Assembly (NCBI GenBank): GCA_001995005.1
Contig: MDJN01000171.1
Coordinates: forward strand, 1 to 52,664
Length of the DNA: 52,664 nucleotides
DNA from: Candidatus Parepulonipiscium sp. PG-Nun2H_MBin03
GTDB taxonomy: Bacteria > Bacillota > Clostridia > Lachnospirales > Cellulosilyticaceae
Direction: 5' to 3'
Made by a program: the position numbers and the translations under genes. This document shows, piece by piece, positions 10,168 to 18,299 of the stretch; within the stretch, counting starts at the first letter, position 1, and every line of letters starts with the position of its first letter. The notes under the pieces were generated by a model, which was not told the origin of the DNA, made no database searches, and worked only from the letters and a program-made list of their open reading frames with translations.

Positions 10168-11247
10168 ATGGCAAATACTATTATATCACCATCAAAATAC
10201 ATTCAAGGAAGAGGCGAATTATCAAACCTTGGTTCATACGCTAAAAAATATGGCAAAAAACCGTTAGTCATAATTAGTAAGTCTGGAAAAGGACGTTTTG
10301 AAAATATCATCTCAACTTCTTTAGAAGATAATGCTGTAACACCAGTGTACGCTATATTTAATGGTGAAATAACATTCGATGAAATTAGTCGTCTAGAAGA
10401 TATATATTCTGAAAACGATTGTGACTTTGTTATAGGTGTGGGTGGTGGAAAGATTATGGATACCGCAAAAGTAGTATCACTAAATACAAAATCTGCTGTA
10501 ATAATTATTCCAACCATCGCTTCTACAAATGCACCTTGTAGTGCATTAAGTATAATTTATACAGCAGAAGGGATTATACAAAAAGTAATATTTTGTTTAC
10601 AAAATCCTAATATAGTTTTAGTGGATACACAAATTATTGTTGAAGCTCCTATTAGATTATTTGTTGCTGGCATGGGCGATGCTCTTTCTGCATATTTTGA
10701 GTCAAGAGCTTGTATCGCTAGTGGTTCTAACAACTTTGCAAGAGGCAAGGCTACTCGTGCAGTGCAAAGCTTAAGCAAAACTTGCCATGAAATATTGATG
10801 CAAGATGGCTACAATGCCAAGGTTGCTGTTGAACAAAAAGTATGCACACAAGCTGTTGAAAATGTAATAGAAGCTAATACGTATTTATCTGGAGTAGGGT
10901 TTGAAAGTGGGGGATTGGCAGCGGCCCATGCCGTTCATGACGGGCTTAATAAACTAGCAGAATGCCATGATTTTTATCATGGTGAAAAAGTTGCTTTTGG
11001 GGTTATCGTTCAATTAGTACTAGAAAATGCACCTGAACTTAATGAAGTTATTGCTTTTTGTAAATCAGTTGGGCTACCTACGACTTTAAAAGAACTAGGT
11101 ATTGAAAAAATTAACCACGACGACATTAAAAAAGTTGCAGAAATTGCAACTCATCCAAAACAAACTATACACAGCTTACCGTTTAAGGTAACTGCCGCAG
11201 ATGTTTATGCTGCTATATTAGTTGCAGACTCCTTATCTAGTAATTAA
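10168..11247 (+). CDS. gldA: Glycerol dehydrogenase
   Basis: SPSKYIQG, GVGGGK, PTIAST, GMGDAL, GFESGGLAAAHAVH, HGEKVAFG. Confidence 0.9.
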   Translation: MANTIISPSKYIQGRGELSNLGSYAKKYGKKPLVIISKSGKGRFENIISTSLEDNAVTPVYAIFNGEITFDEISRLEDIYSENDCDFVIGVGGGKIMDTAKVVSLNTKSAVIIIPTIASTNAPCSALSIIYTAEGIIQKVIFCLQNPNIVLVDTQIIVEAPIRLFVAGMGDALSAYFESRACIASGSNNFARGKATRAVQSLSKTCHEILMQDGYNAKVAVEQKVCTQAVENVIEANTYLSGVGFESGGLAAAHAVHDGLNKLAECHDFYHGEKVAFGVIVQLVLENAPELNEVIAFCKSVGLPTTLKELGIEKINHDDIKKVAEIATHPKQTIHSLPFKVTAADVYAAILVADSLSSN

Positions 11248-11250
11248 AAT

Positions 11251-11284
11251 AAACATGGCCACCAATTAACTGGTGGTCATGTTT
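11251..11284. terminator. Intrinsic terminator after gldA
   Basis: AAACATGGCCACCA-6-TGGTGGTCATGTTT hairpin. Confidence 0.75.
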
Positions 11285-11340
11285 GGTTACTTCTCATAAA
11301 AGATACGGTAATCTCTTTTAATAAACGAGTATTTTTGTTG

Positions 11341-13608
11341 CTATTTTTTTGACATGTTACTCAATGTTTCTAAAACTTTCTTTTCTACTATTCTAATATT
11401 TTCTTCCATTAATATCTCTATACCTTGTTCATATCTTGATATTGGGTATATATGAAATTTTCCTTCTCGTATATTTTGTACTATTTCATCACTTAATACT
11501 AAGTCCACTTGATTTTGATAAGGTATAACTACACCTTGTTCATTAGTTAATCCTTTAGCCTTGCAAGCCTTAAAAAATCCCTCAATTTTTTCACTAAGAC
11601 CTCCCACAGGTTGAATATCTCCATGCTGATTAATAGAGCCTGTTATAGCCAAATTCTGTTTAATTGGGATACCACTCAGGCTTGATATTACTGCATAAAG
11701 TTCTGCACTAGATGCGCTGTCGCCATCTATGCCACTATAGCTTTGTTCCATACATATTTTACAACTTAAATTCGGCTCTATATTTCTCGCAAAACGTCCT
11801 CCTATAAATCCTTCTATAACTTCTACACCTTTTGAATGTGTGGAACCGCTTAACCCGGCTAATTTTTCAACGTTTATTACTCCTTTTTTGCCTTTATACG
11901 TTGTTGCAGTAATTTTAATCGGTTGACCAATAGTCTCATCTCCTATTCCATACACACAAAGTCCGTTTATTTGCCCAATTTTGCTACCCTTTACATTTAT
12001 TAATATTCTATCTAACCTATAATTATCTTTCATTTCGTTATCTATTTTATTAGTTAATGTCTTTTTAAATCGGATTGCATTGTCTATATCATTTGCAGTA
12101 ATATATTTATTCGCAATAGTATTTGCCTCTCTTATCATATTATAAATAGGCTCAATATTTAAACTTACCTTATCCATTCTTACTTGAGTTTTTCTAATTG
12201 CACTAAGCAAGCCCCCACACGTTACAGGTTTTAGATTTTCTTTTATACATTGTTGCTTAATCTTATACCCTATTTGCTCTACAATTCTTTTTGTATAATT
12301 TACTTCTTCTAGCAATTCTATCTTATAACCAAAATACTTGTTAAATCCATCTTCATAACTATTTAATAAGTTATAATATTCTGCATCCCCAATAATAATA
12401 ATCTTTAGATCCATGTCTACCTCTTCAGGTTCAATTAATTTTACTCTATTAACAGACCCTGTGCTTGGATTTTGAATTTTAATAGCCCCTTCTATTAAAG
12501 TTTGTCTTATGGCTTGGTATGCACCTACTTGTTCTATAATGTCTATAGCTCTTAAGATTAGGTACCCTCCTCTTGCTCTATGAAATTCACCCGCTCTTAT
12601 TTCACAAATATCTGTTTCCCCTTCAGGCGACATTAATATTTGCCCAACAAGATCACTATAACTCACATTTCGTGTATCTATTATTGGTGCACCTAGTGTA
12701 TTTTGATTATCTACTAATAAGTTTACACTGTAGTTTTTTAAAATATCATCTACTTTTTTAGTTGACATCTTTAATATAAGTTCAAGTTCTGTATTATCTG
12801 TTGGTTGTTCTATAAATAGGTCATAATACTTTACTATATCTTCTAGTATATCATCAAAATAGTCTAAAAACTCTGGGTAATGCCTATACTTAATTTTTAA
12901 TTTATTAAGTACTAATGAAACTTGTGTACTAAATTTTTCTTCTAGAATATTTTGCAACTGAATAGCAGCCTTATCTTCTACTTGCTTTATTTGGTTTACC
13001 ACTTCTTCCGCAAGAATTGTAACTGATTTGATATTATTTGTTAATATTTCCTCTCCAACTCCCTCAAGTGGCGAGAATGCTAAGCCTTCTTCTACTATGC
13101 TAACTTCAAATCCTAATTTATTAGCCTTTGATTGTAGTTCATCTAATAGAAACAATTTGTTTAATTCTAAATCTTTTTCTAGTTGCTCTTTTTCTAAGCT
13201 GATGTCATTATCTTGTAATTTATCTACTAAAAAATACTTTATAAAGTAAACAAATTCCTTCATATCTTCTTCTAACGTAGCCCCGTCTCCTGCATCTAAA
13301 TATATTACCCTAGGAGAATTTGGGTTATCAAAATTATAAATATAACATATATCATCAGGTACAACTTGCTTAATTGCACGCCGTTGTATTAACTTTTTTA
13401 TATCTGCCAATACATTTTCTGTAGCGTTTGTTGCAATATAAATATTATAACTTGAATGATTTAGGTTTAGTGCAAATTTTAAAGCATCTACAGCCTCATC
13501 TTGCCCTAACATTTTATCCTCACCTACTATTTGTTCGGTGGTTTCAAACGAAAAGTCCGAAGGTTCATAGGAATTTCGTAATTGTTGCCAAGAAATCTCT
13601 TTTTTCAT
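11341..13608 (-). CDS. Lon-like protease (LonC/YcbZ type; AAA-like region plus Lon protease domain)
   Basis: GQINGL, EQSYSGIDGDSAS (catalytic Ser), QPVGGLSEKIEGF (catalytic Lys), AGEFHRARGGYL. Confidence 0.9.
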   Translation of the reverse strand: MKKEISWQQLRNSYEPSDFSFETTEQIVGEDKMLGQDEAVDALKFALNLNHSSYNIYIATNATENVLADIKKLIQRRAIKQVVPDDICYIYNFDNPNSPRVIYLDAGDGATLEEDMKEFVYFIKYFLVDKLQDNDISLEKEQLEKDLELNKLFLLDELQSKANKLGFEVSIVEEGLAFSPLEGVGEEILTNNIKSVTILAEEVVNQIKQVEDKAAIQLQNILEEKFSTQVSLVLNKLKIKYRHYPEFLDYFDDILEDIVKYYDLFIEQPTDNTELELILKMSTKKVDDILKNYSVNLLVDNQNTLGAPIIDTRNVSYSDLVGQILMSPEGETDICEIRAGEFHRARGGYLILRAIDIIEQVGAYQAIRQTLIEGAIKIQNPSTGSVNRVKLIEPEEVDMDLKIIIIGDAEYYNLLNSYEDGFNKYFGYKIELLEEVNYTKRIVEQIGYKIKQQCIKENLKPVTCGGLLSAIRKTQVRMDKVSLNIEPIYNMIREANTIANKYITANDIDNAIRFKKTLTNKIDNEMKDNYRLDRILINVKGSKIGQINGLCVYGIGDETIGQPIKITATTYKGKKGVINVEKLAGLSGSTHSKGVEVIEGFIGGRFARNIEPNLSCKICMEQSYSGIDGDSASSAELYAVISSLSGIPIKQNLAITGSINQHGDIQPVGGLSEKIEGFFKACKAKGLTNEQGVVIPYQNQVDLVLSDEIVQNIREGKFHIYPISRYEQGIEILMEENIRIVEKKVLETLSNMSKK

Positions 13609-13629
13609 GTTTTTCCTCCCCTCTTATAC

Positions 13630-13660
13630 ATCATATGAGAGAAGTTTTATTATATTTACA
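13630..13660 (-). promoter_or_regulatory. Possible sigma-E/K-type promoter of the Lon-like gene
   Basis: CATATGAT -10-like element just upstream of RBS GGGGAGG; weak -35. Confidence 0.35.
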
Positions 13661-13707
13661 GTTTTCACACTTTTTCTTAAAAACTATGACATTTATGAAA
13701 AAGGTAC

Positions 13708-13744
13708 ACAAAAAACTGCATATACAATATATGCAGTTTTTTGT
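13708..13744 (-). terminator. Intrinsic terminator after the MCP gene
   Basis: ACAAAAAACTGCATATA-CAA-TATATGCAGTTTTTTGT perfect inverted repeat. Confidence 0.85.
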
Positions 13745-13746
13745 TA

Positions 13747-15396
13747 TCATTTTGTTTTAAACTTTGTTGTTAATTTATACATCTGTTCTGATCTTGCTGC
13801 TAATTCTTGGCTAACTGCCGCACTCTCTTCACTAGTCGCAAGATTCATATCCACAACCTCTATTATTGCTCTCATATCATTACTCATACTTGTTATGGCT
13901 TTTACCTCTACTGTAGATATATCAGATAATTTCTTTACTAAATCTACAATTTGTTCTGAACAATTAGATACCTTACCAAAGGCTTGGTTAGTATCTTTTG
14001 CCAATTCTTCACTTTCATGAATATTATTTACTGTATTCTCTATTAGTTTAGCAGTATCTTGTGCTGCTTGAGCAGATTTTTGTGCTAAGCTCCTAACTTC
14101 TTCTGCAACAACGGAAAATCCTTTTCCTTTTTCGCCGGCTCTTGCTGCTTCTATTGCTGCATTAAGTGCTAATATATTAGTTTGAAATGCTATATCATTA
14201 ATAGTTTTAATTATTTCCATAATATCTTTTGAATCTGCAGATATTTTGTCAATAGCTTTTAACATGTTTTCCATACTAGTATAACTGTTTTCAATAATCA
14301 AATTAGATTGAGTTCCTAATTTTGTAGCACTGCTTGAAAAGCTATCTGCTTCTTTAATATATTCTGATAGGTCATTTAAAGACTCTGATAAATGATTGAT
14401 ACTAACGTTTTGGTCTTCTGCACCCATCGCTAAGGCTTGTGCCCCTTGAGAGATATCATCAGAACCTTTCGTTAACTGTTGGCTCGCATCATTTATTTCT
14501 ATAATCAATTTGCTAATACGTTCTTTAAATGATTCAATAGCAGTAATTATTTCTTTAAAATCTCCTAAAAATACTGTATTTGTAGTTTTAGAAAAATCTC
14601 CTGTCGCAAATTGTTCCATCATTTCTCTTAGAGTATTAACATATTTGGCTAGCTCACCTATAGAAAAATTATATCCATCTCTAATTGCTATGATCTCAGA
14701 AAATTTTGATTTCATCTCAACTTTTGTATTTAAATTACCTATTGATAATTCTTTTATACCTTTTTCTATTTCTAATAAGTTTGTCAAAACATCTACTCTT
14801 ACTGCTCTAAAATAAGTTATAACTACACCTGCAAGTACTAGTAAACTTACTGTAACTGTAGTTAAACCAACTACTCTAATAACTTCACAGTTTTTTTGGG
14901 CTACTTCTATAGCAACTAGAGCTTCTTCTTCTGCTAAACGCAAGTAAGATATTAGTTTTTCTATATTTGGACCCGTTATATTTTGATAAATTTGTATAGC
15001 TTCGCTTTGGCTCCTAGTTAAAGCATCTAGAATATCACCTGCAGAGTTATGAATTGCATTATGATAGGTTTCAATATTTTTAACTAAATTTTGTGCCATG
15101 GTTTCATTGCTAGTGTTGCCATACATATATGTACCTAATCCACAAGCCGTGGGGTCTAGTGCACCATTAAATGTAGCTCCTGTGAGTACAGTTTCTTGTA
15201 AACCCATAGCCCATGTTAAATGTGCTATTTCAATCTCTTGTAATCGGGCTACATTTAAACTTTCGGCTATTAAAGTTTCTTGTGACCGAGCAATGGCAGT
15301 AAATGAAATTTGCACGGCCAAAAATAACGTTACTGCACATACAATAGTTACTAGAGTTGTAATAAAAATTCGCTTTTTAAGACTACTACTTTTCAT
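13747..15396 (-). CDS. Methyl-accepting chemotaxis protein with CZB domain
   Basis: Signalling hairpin [37 protein letters not shown]; two TM helices flanking H59/C85/H112/H116. Confidence 0.93.
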   Translation of the reverse strand: MKSSSLKKRIFITTLVTIVCAVTLFLAVQISFTAIARSQETLIAESLNVARLQEIEIAHLTWAMGLQETVLTGATFNGALDPTACGLGTYMYGNTSNETMAQNLVKNIETYHNAIHNSAGDILDALTRSQSEAIQIYQNITGPNIEKLISYLRLAEEEALVAIEVAQKNCEVIRVVGLTTVTVSLLVLAGVVITYFRAVRVDVLTNLLEIEKGIKELSIGNLNTKVEMKSKFSEIIAIRDGYNFSIGELAKYVNTLREMMEQFATGDFSKTTNTVFLGDFKEIITAIESFKERISKLIIEINDASQQLTKGSDDISQGAQALAMGAEDQNVSINHLSESLNDLSEYIKEADSFSSSATKLGTQSNLIIENSYTSMENMLKAIDKISADSKDIMEIIKTINDIAFQTNILALNAAIEAARAGEKGKGFSVVAEEVRSLAQKSAQAAQDTAKLIENTVNNIHESEELAKDTNQAFGKVSNCSEQIVDLVKKLSDISTVEVKAITSMSNDMRAIIEVVDMNLATSEESAAVSQELAARSEQMYKLTTKFKTK

Positions 15397-15425
15397 GAAT
15401 TCTCCTCCTAAATATTATGGTCTTA

Positions 15426-15443
15426 TTAAGTTAACAGATCCAA
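15426..15443 (-). promoter_or_regulatory. Palindromic leader element (copy 2)
   Basis: Sense strand TTGGATCTGTTAACTTAA, versus TTGGACCTGTTAACTTAA upstream of DUF1385. Confidence 0.45.
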
Positions 15444-15464
15444 TATTATCATTATTCTAGTACT

Positions 15465-15493
15465 ATTATAATATATTGTGATACAAATGTAAA
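15465..15493 (-). promoter_or_regulatory. sigma-A promoter of the MCP gene
   Basis: TTTACA-17-TATAAT. Confidence 0.6.
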
Positions 15494-15499
15494 TATTAT

Positions 15500-15802
15500 T
15501 TATTTCCATATAATTATATATTTATTAAGTTTATAACCTTTTAATACAATCTTCAGATTGTTTTGAGTACAAGCTGTAATATTATAAAACATCACATCTA
15601 CCTTATACCCCTTTTGTTCTAAATGATGTTTTAACACGTCCCATCCTTTTACTATTGTAAGGTAATTTCCATTACGTAAATGTTGTACTTTATGCGGGAA
15701 TAATAAAACTTTAATAGATTTAATGCCTATTTCTAATTTATTATCAACTTCTATTAACGGAAATATAAAATATAGTACTATAAATGGAATTATCTTCTTC
15801 AT
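15500..15802 (-). CDS. Hypothetical protein with N-terminal hydrophobic segment
   Basis: 100-aa ORF filling a gap; RBS GAGGA; MKK plus hydrophobic stretch. Confidence 0.7.
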   Translation of the reverse strand: MKKIIPFIVLYFIFPLIEVDNKLEIGIKSIKVLLFPHKVQHLRNGNYLTIVKGWDVLKHHLEQKGYKVDVMFYNITACTQNNLKIVLKGYKLNKYIIIWK

Positions 15803-15832
15803 AAATTATCCTCGCAAATTTTATTTTTACTA

Positions 15833-15861
15833 TCATATAAATGGGACAACTATCATAAACT
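15833..15861 (+). promoter_or_regulatory. sigma-E-like promoter overlapping an ACTATCATA direct repeat
   Basis: tcATA-16-CATAAACT fits the Bacillus sigma-E consensus ATA-16..18-CATAnnnT. Confidence 0.45.
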
Positions 15862-15890
15862 ATTTATATATTTTCTAAACGAGGTGCAGT

Positions 15891-16151
15891 ATGAGACAAA
15901 ATAAAAAAAGTAATTATATTAATTACGAAGCAATTTACCAGTTTTTAACCGTTGTTTGCATAGGATACTTTATGTTGCTGTTCATAGACTTTTTTTTACT
16001 ATTTAGTAATGCTGTTTCCGTATCCCTTTTCTTTTTAAGTATAATCTCTTTAAGCATCTACTTTATATTAAAACATAATATATGCCTAGTCATTTCTTTT
16101 TTAAGCTCACTTAGTTGTATTCTTATTACATATTATATATCATATTTTTAA
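15891..16151 (+). CDS. Small integral membrane protein (about 3 TM)
   Basis: 86-aa hydrophobic ORF, RBS GAGGTG, terminator directly after. Confidence 0.7.
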   Translation: MRQNKKSNYINYEAIYQFLTVVCIGYFMLLFIDFFLLFSNAVSVSLFFLSIISLSIYFILKHNICLVISFLSSLSCILITYYISYF

Positions 16152-16154
16152 TTC

Positions 16155-16178
16155 AAAAGAGGGGCATCCCCCTCTTTT
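16155..16178. terminator. Bidirectional intrinsic terminator
   Basis: AAAAGAGGGG-CATC-CCCCTCTTTT. Confidence 0.85.
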
Positions 16179-16179
16179 T

Positions 16180-16347
16180 TTATTCTTCATTGATGCTATT
16201 GCTTAGCTCCGTCCAATCACATGTAGCTTTGTTTACCTTATATTTATTGTCTACTAACATGTAGTCCTCGTCTAAGTTTTCTACAGGAATATTTTTAGCT
16301 TTAAAATATTCTATAATTTTTGTTTGGTTCATTCCTTTGTTTTCCAT
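16180..16347 (-). CDS. Small hypothetical protein (55 aa), not in the ORF track
   Basis: Manually translated MENKGMNQTKIIEYFKAKNIPVENLDEDYMLVDNKYKVNKATCDWTELSNSINEE; RBS AGAAAGGAG 8 nt upstream; stop abuts the terminator. Confidence 0.8.
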   Translation of the reverse strand: MENKGMNQTKIIEYFKAKNIPVENLDEDYMLVDNKYKVNKATCDWTELSNSINEE

Positions 16348-16370
16348 ATTCATCGCTCCTTTCTAATTCA

Positions 16371-16400
16371 AAGTATCTACACTTTTTTAACTTATTATTC
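16371..16400 (-). promoter_or_regulatory. sigma-G/F-like promoter of the 55-aa ORF
   Basis: GAATA-18-GATACTT versus sigma-G consensus GNATA-18-CATACTA. Confidence 0.4.
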
Positions 16401-17628
16401 AAAAGGAGGTATCTAATTTTCTAAATATAGCCGGTAATGATATTTCAAAATCAACGGGTATTTTTACGATTTGTTGCGGGTGTGGTGCAGAGTCTATATA
16501 TTCACCATCTTTATCTGTCATATAGTTTATTTTAAACTCTATGTTATCCCCTAAAGGCGTTAAAACTTCTAACGTATCCCCTACAGAAAACTTTCGTCGT
16601 TGCTCTATAGTAGCAGTATTTGTTTCCTTATCAAAGTCTAATAAAATCCCACTAAATTCATAATTTCTAACGTATGAATTATGTGTATAAGTTTGGTCTG
16701 TTACAGTTGTTTTATTAAAATAGAAGCCTGTTGTAAATTCTCTATGACTAGCTTTTCCTACTTCTTCTAAAAAATAGCTTTTCTTTTGCAAATATTCATC
16801 TGGTGATACTAAATATGCATCAATAGCTTGTCTATACGCCTTTACTACAGTGGCAACATATAGAGGAGTTTTCATTCTACCTTCTATTTTAAAACTTGTT
16901 ACCCCAGCTTCTATCAAGTCTGGTATATATTCTATCATGCATAAATCTCGTGAATTATATATATATGTTCCAGTTTCATCTTCTACTATAGGCATATATT
17001 CGTTTGGCCTTTTTTCTTCAACCACACTGTATTTCCATCTGCACGGTTGTGCACACTCTCCTCTATTAGCGTCTCTGCCAGTTAGGTAATTGCTCATAAG
17101 GCATCTCCCAGAATATGCCATGCACATGGCTCCGTGTACAAATGCCTCAATAGGCACATCTATATTATCATGCATTTGGCGTATCTGTGCTAAAGATAAT
17201 TCTCTTGCTACTACAATCCTTTTTGCCCCTTGGTCTGTCCAAAATTTTGCACTATAGTAATTTGTGGTATTCGCTTGGGTAGAAATATGAATTTCAAGTT
17301 CTGGTACAATTTTTCTTGCCAAGCTAAATACGCCTGCATCAGCAACAATTATTCCATCTACTTCTAAATCACGTAAAGATTTAAAATATTCTTCCATATG
17401 TTCAAAGTCCTGATTATGTGCAAAAATATTTGCTGTTATATATACTTTTACATTTCTATCATGTGCAAATTTTATCCCGTCTGCCATCTCTTTTGGAGTA
17501 AAATTTTTCGCCTTTGCACGCAGTCCATAGGCCGTACCACCCATATATACAGCGTCCGCACCGTAAAGCACAGCTGTCTGCAGTGTTTCTAGAGAGCCTG
17601 CCGGTGCCAATAATTCCAATTTTTTCAT
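16399..17628 (-). CDS. U32 family peptidase-like protein (TrhP/YrrO-type tRNA hydroxylation)
   Basis: ELLAPAG, GADAVY, EAFVHGAMCMAYSGRCLMS, NRGECAQPCRW, FKIEGRMK. Confidence 0.92.
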   Translation of the reverse strand: MKKLELLAPAGSLETLQTAVLYGADAVYMGGTAYGLRAKAKNFTPKEMADGIKFAHDRNVKVYITANIFAHNQDFEHMEEYFKSLRDLEVDGIIVADAGVFSLARKIVPELEIHISTQANTTNYYSAKFWTDQGAKRIVVARELSLAQIRQMHDNIDVPIEAFVHGAMCMAYSGRCLMSNYLTGRDANRGECAQPCRWKYSVVEEKRPNEYMPIVEDETGTYIYNSRDLCMIEYIPDLIEAGVTSFKIEGRMKTPLYVATVVKAYRQAIDAYLVSPDEYLQKKSYFLEEVGKASHREFTTGFYFNKTTVTDQTYTHNSYVRNYEFSGILLDFDKETNTATIEQRRKFSVGDTLEVLTPLGDNIEFKINYMTDKDGEYIDSAPHPQQIVKIPVDFEISLPAIFRKLDTSF

Positions 17629-18284
17629 ATTTGCTCCTTTTTAAAACTTATAGACACTCCATCACCTATAGGCACAATAGACGTATTTAGCATGTCATCA
17701 TGCGTTATGTTCCATAAAAATTCTCTTAATCTCTTATGTGTTGTCCTCTGTCTTCGTTCCACATGATAACGTGACTTTGCTACAGCTCCTTTATGCAAAA
17801 CATTGTCTGCTATCAACACCCCACCTTTGTTTAATACTCTTAGGCAGTCTGGTAACAAGTTAATGTATTGCCCCTTAGCACAGTCCATAAAAACCACATC
17901 ATACATTACGTCGTCTAAAGTTTGTAATATGTTTATTGCATCACCTTCTAAAATAGATATTTTATCTTCTAAACCTTCCTTTTTTATATTTGCCATAGCT
18001 TGATTAATGCATTCTGAGTTTCTTTCTATTGTAGTTATATGAGCATCTATTACTTTGCTCATATATATTGAAGAATATCCTACATTTGTACCTATTTCTA
18101 ATATTTTTTGTGGTTTTATTATAGATAATAATACATTTATAAAGCCCGATACTTCAGGCTTTATAATAGGCCAATTGGCCTCTTTTTGATATATAGCAGA
18201 TTCTATGTCATTAAGAACTCCTGTAGTTTCTGGTCTTAATGCTCGTAGATATTGTACTATATAATCATAATTTACTTCACTCAT
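17625..18284 (-). CDS. O-methyltransferase (YrrM/TrmR-like)
   Basis: ILEIGTNVGYS, FMDCAKGQY, ADNVL, PIGDG; coupled to the U32 gene as in B. subtilis yrrMNO. Confidence 0.88.
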   Translation of the reverse strand: MSEVNYDYIVQYLRALRPETTGVLNDIESAIYQKEANWPIIKPEVSGFINVLLSIIKPQKILEIGTNVGYSSIYMSKVIDAHITTIERNSECINQAMANIKKEGLEDKISILEGDAINILQTLDDVMYDVVFMDCAKGQYINLLPDCLRVLNKGGVLIADNVLHKGAVAKSRYHVERRQRTTHKRLREFLWNITHDDMLNTSIVPIGDGVSISFKKEQI

Positions 18285-18299
18285 ACAAATCCTTTCATA

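Noticed and set aside
13428-14020. Plus-strand ORFs spanning the Lon/MCP gap
   Set aside because: They run through a terminator and antisense to both real genes
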